DNA of 64,000 bases from Moniliella sp. 'wahieum'. Its lineage: Eukaryota. Of this stretch, positions 63,176 through 64,000 are shown piece after piece. Location of the stretch: contig RSEE01000003.1 in the NCBI GenBank assembly GCA_003971905.1, positions 372,001 to 436,000 of the forward strand. The letters run 5' to 3'. Every line of letters begins with the position of its first letter. Within the stretch, counting starts at the first letter, position 1. The notes below the pieces were generated by a model. That model made no database searches. It worked only from the letters and a program-made list of their open reading frames with translations, and was not told where the DNA came from. Both the position numbers and the translations under genes were made by a program.

Positions 63176-64000
63176 CATTCTATTTCTCGTTCATTCCCCT
63201 CCCTTTCGCGTTGATCACGAAGAGGGAAACACATTTTGGGGGGTATGCGGCTCTGTTGGTGCCTCTCCTCTCTCTTACTACACAGATATGACATCTGTTT
63301 ATCTCTACATAACGATTTATAAAACTTGTTTTTATTGTAGTGGTTGTTGAGAGGAGACGGATATGTGACAGGTAAAGGTGGGGGGGGGGGGGGGGGTTCC
63401 TTGACGGAGGGCCGGATGGGAGATGATGTACGGGCGTATGTACATCCTTTGACTGTAGTCGTGCCACAGAAGACTTATGTGTTTGTGTGCGATAGAGTAT
63501 AATCAACTCCATATTCGCAGCCACACACACTCTGTACGTGTGGTCGGAAGACACATCAGTTGAGAGATGTGAATGATGTTTTGGTGAATCATTTCCTCAT
63601 CGATGATGAGCCGAAGACCCCACAGCTAGTCTCGTTTAAATACCTTTCTACTCTGAGCCCACCCTTCCCGCCCCAACTCCCATAGATACATTAATGATCA
63701 TCGCAATCCACTATACTGTTCGAGCCCAATAAAAGTCAACATCGCGGGCGGCATGCTGTGGAAGCTCTCCACACAGTCGCAGTACTATTGTCGGGCAAAC
63801 CAATACATAGCCTGTTTCCGATCATCGATCATTGCAGATCACATGTCACACTAGCGCCGCGCGGGAAATCTCCCCCCCAAGAAGCAGGCGTGTGCATAAC
63901 GCACTGGGTCACTGTCCCTGTATTATGCCGTGGCATGGACATCCGAGATGCTTTTCTGTGAGACATCGGCGCTCCGCCAACGCCGAAAACACTGATGTTC

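Noticed and set aside
1..64000. Frameshifts in almost all genes read as mass pseudogenisation or programmed frameshifting
   Set aside because: They hit essential genes (RPs, PFS2) and other conserved genes (KGD1) as single-base indels while the amino acid sequence stays conserved, which is typical of unpolished long-read errors.

Overview
Eukaryotic DNA from a fungus, most likely a basidiomycete and plausibly Ustilaginomycotina. The taxon is inferred from short GT-AG introns with CTRAC branch points, GC-rich gene-dense DNA and protein style. Nearly every gene carries single-base frameshifts, which look like long-read assembly errors, so gene models were pieced together across frames and their ends are approximate. 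Housekeeping genes: MDL-type mitochondrial ABC transporter, FZO1, Rho GTPase, FAD oxidoreductase, USP deubiquitinase, intron-containing tRNA-Cys, KGD1, APC permease, adenylate kinase, carboxypeptidase S, AP-1 mu, MED11-like, PFS2, COX VIIc, a GH128 glucanase and six ribosomal protein genes (RPL25, RPL17, RPL9, RPL30, RPL37, RPS16). Four observations stand out. (1) An intergenic 7-bp grammar, TCA/TGA plus a 4-bp palindromic spacer, uses at least 11 different spacers and keeps phase when the spacer changes. (2) Six copies of an element encode a restriction-like endonuclease (RLE) and share a 3' end; two lack RT, sit head-to-head and share a 5' end that folds into GNA-triloop hairpins. (3) A genuine Ran/GSP1 pseudogene. 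(4) A hairpin covers the 5' splice site of the RPL30 leader intron.
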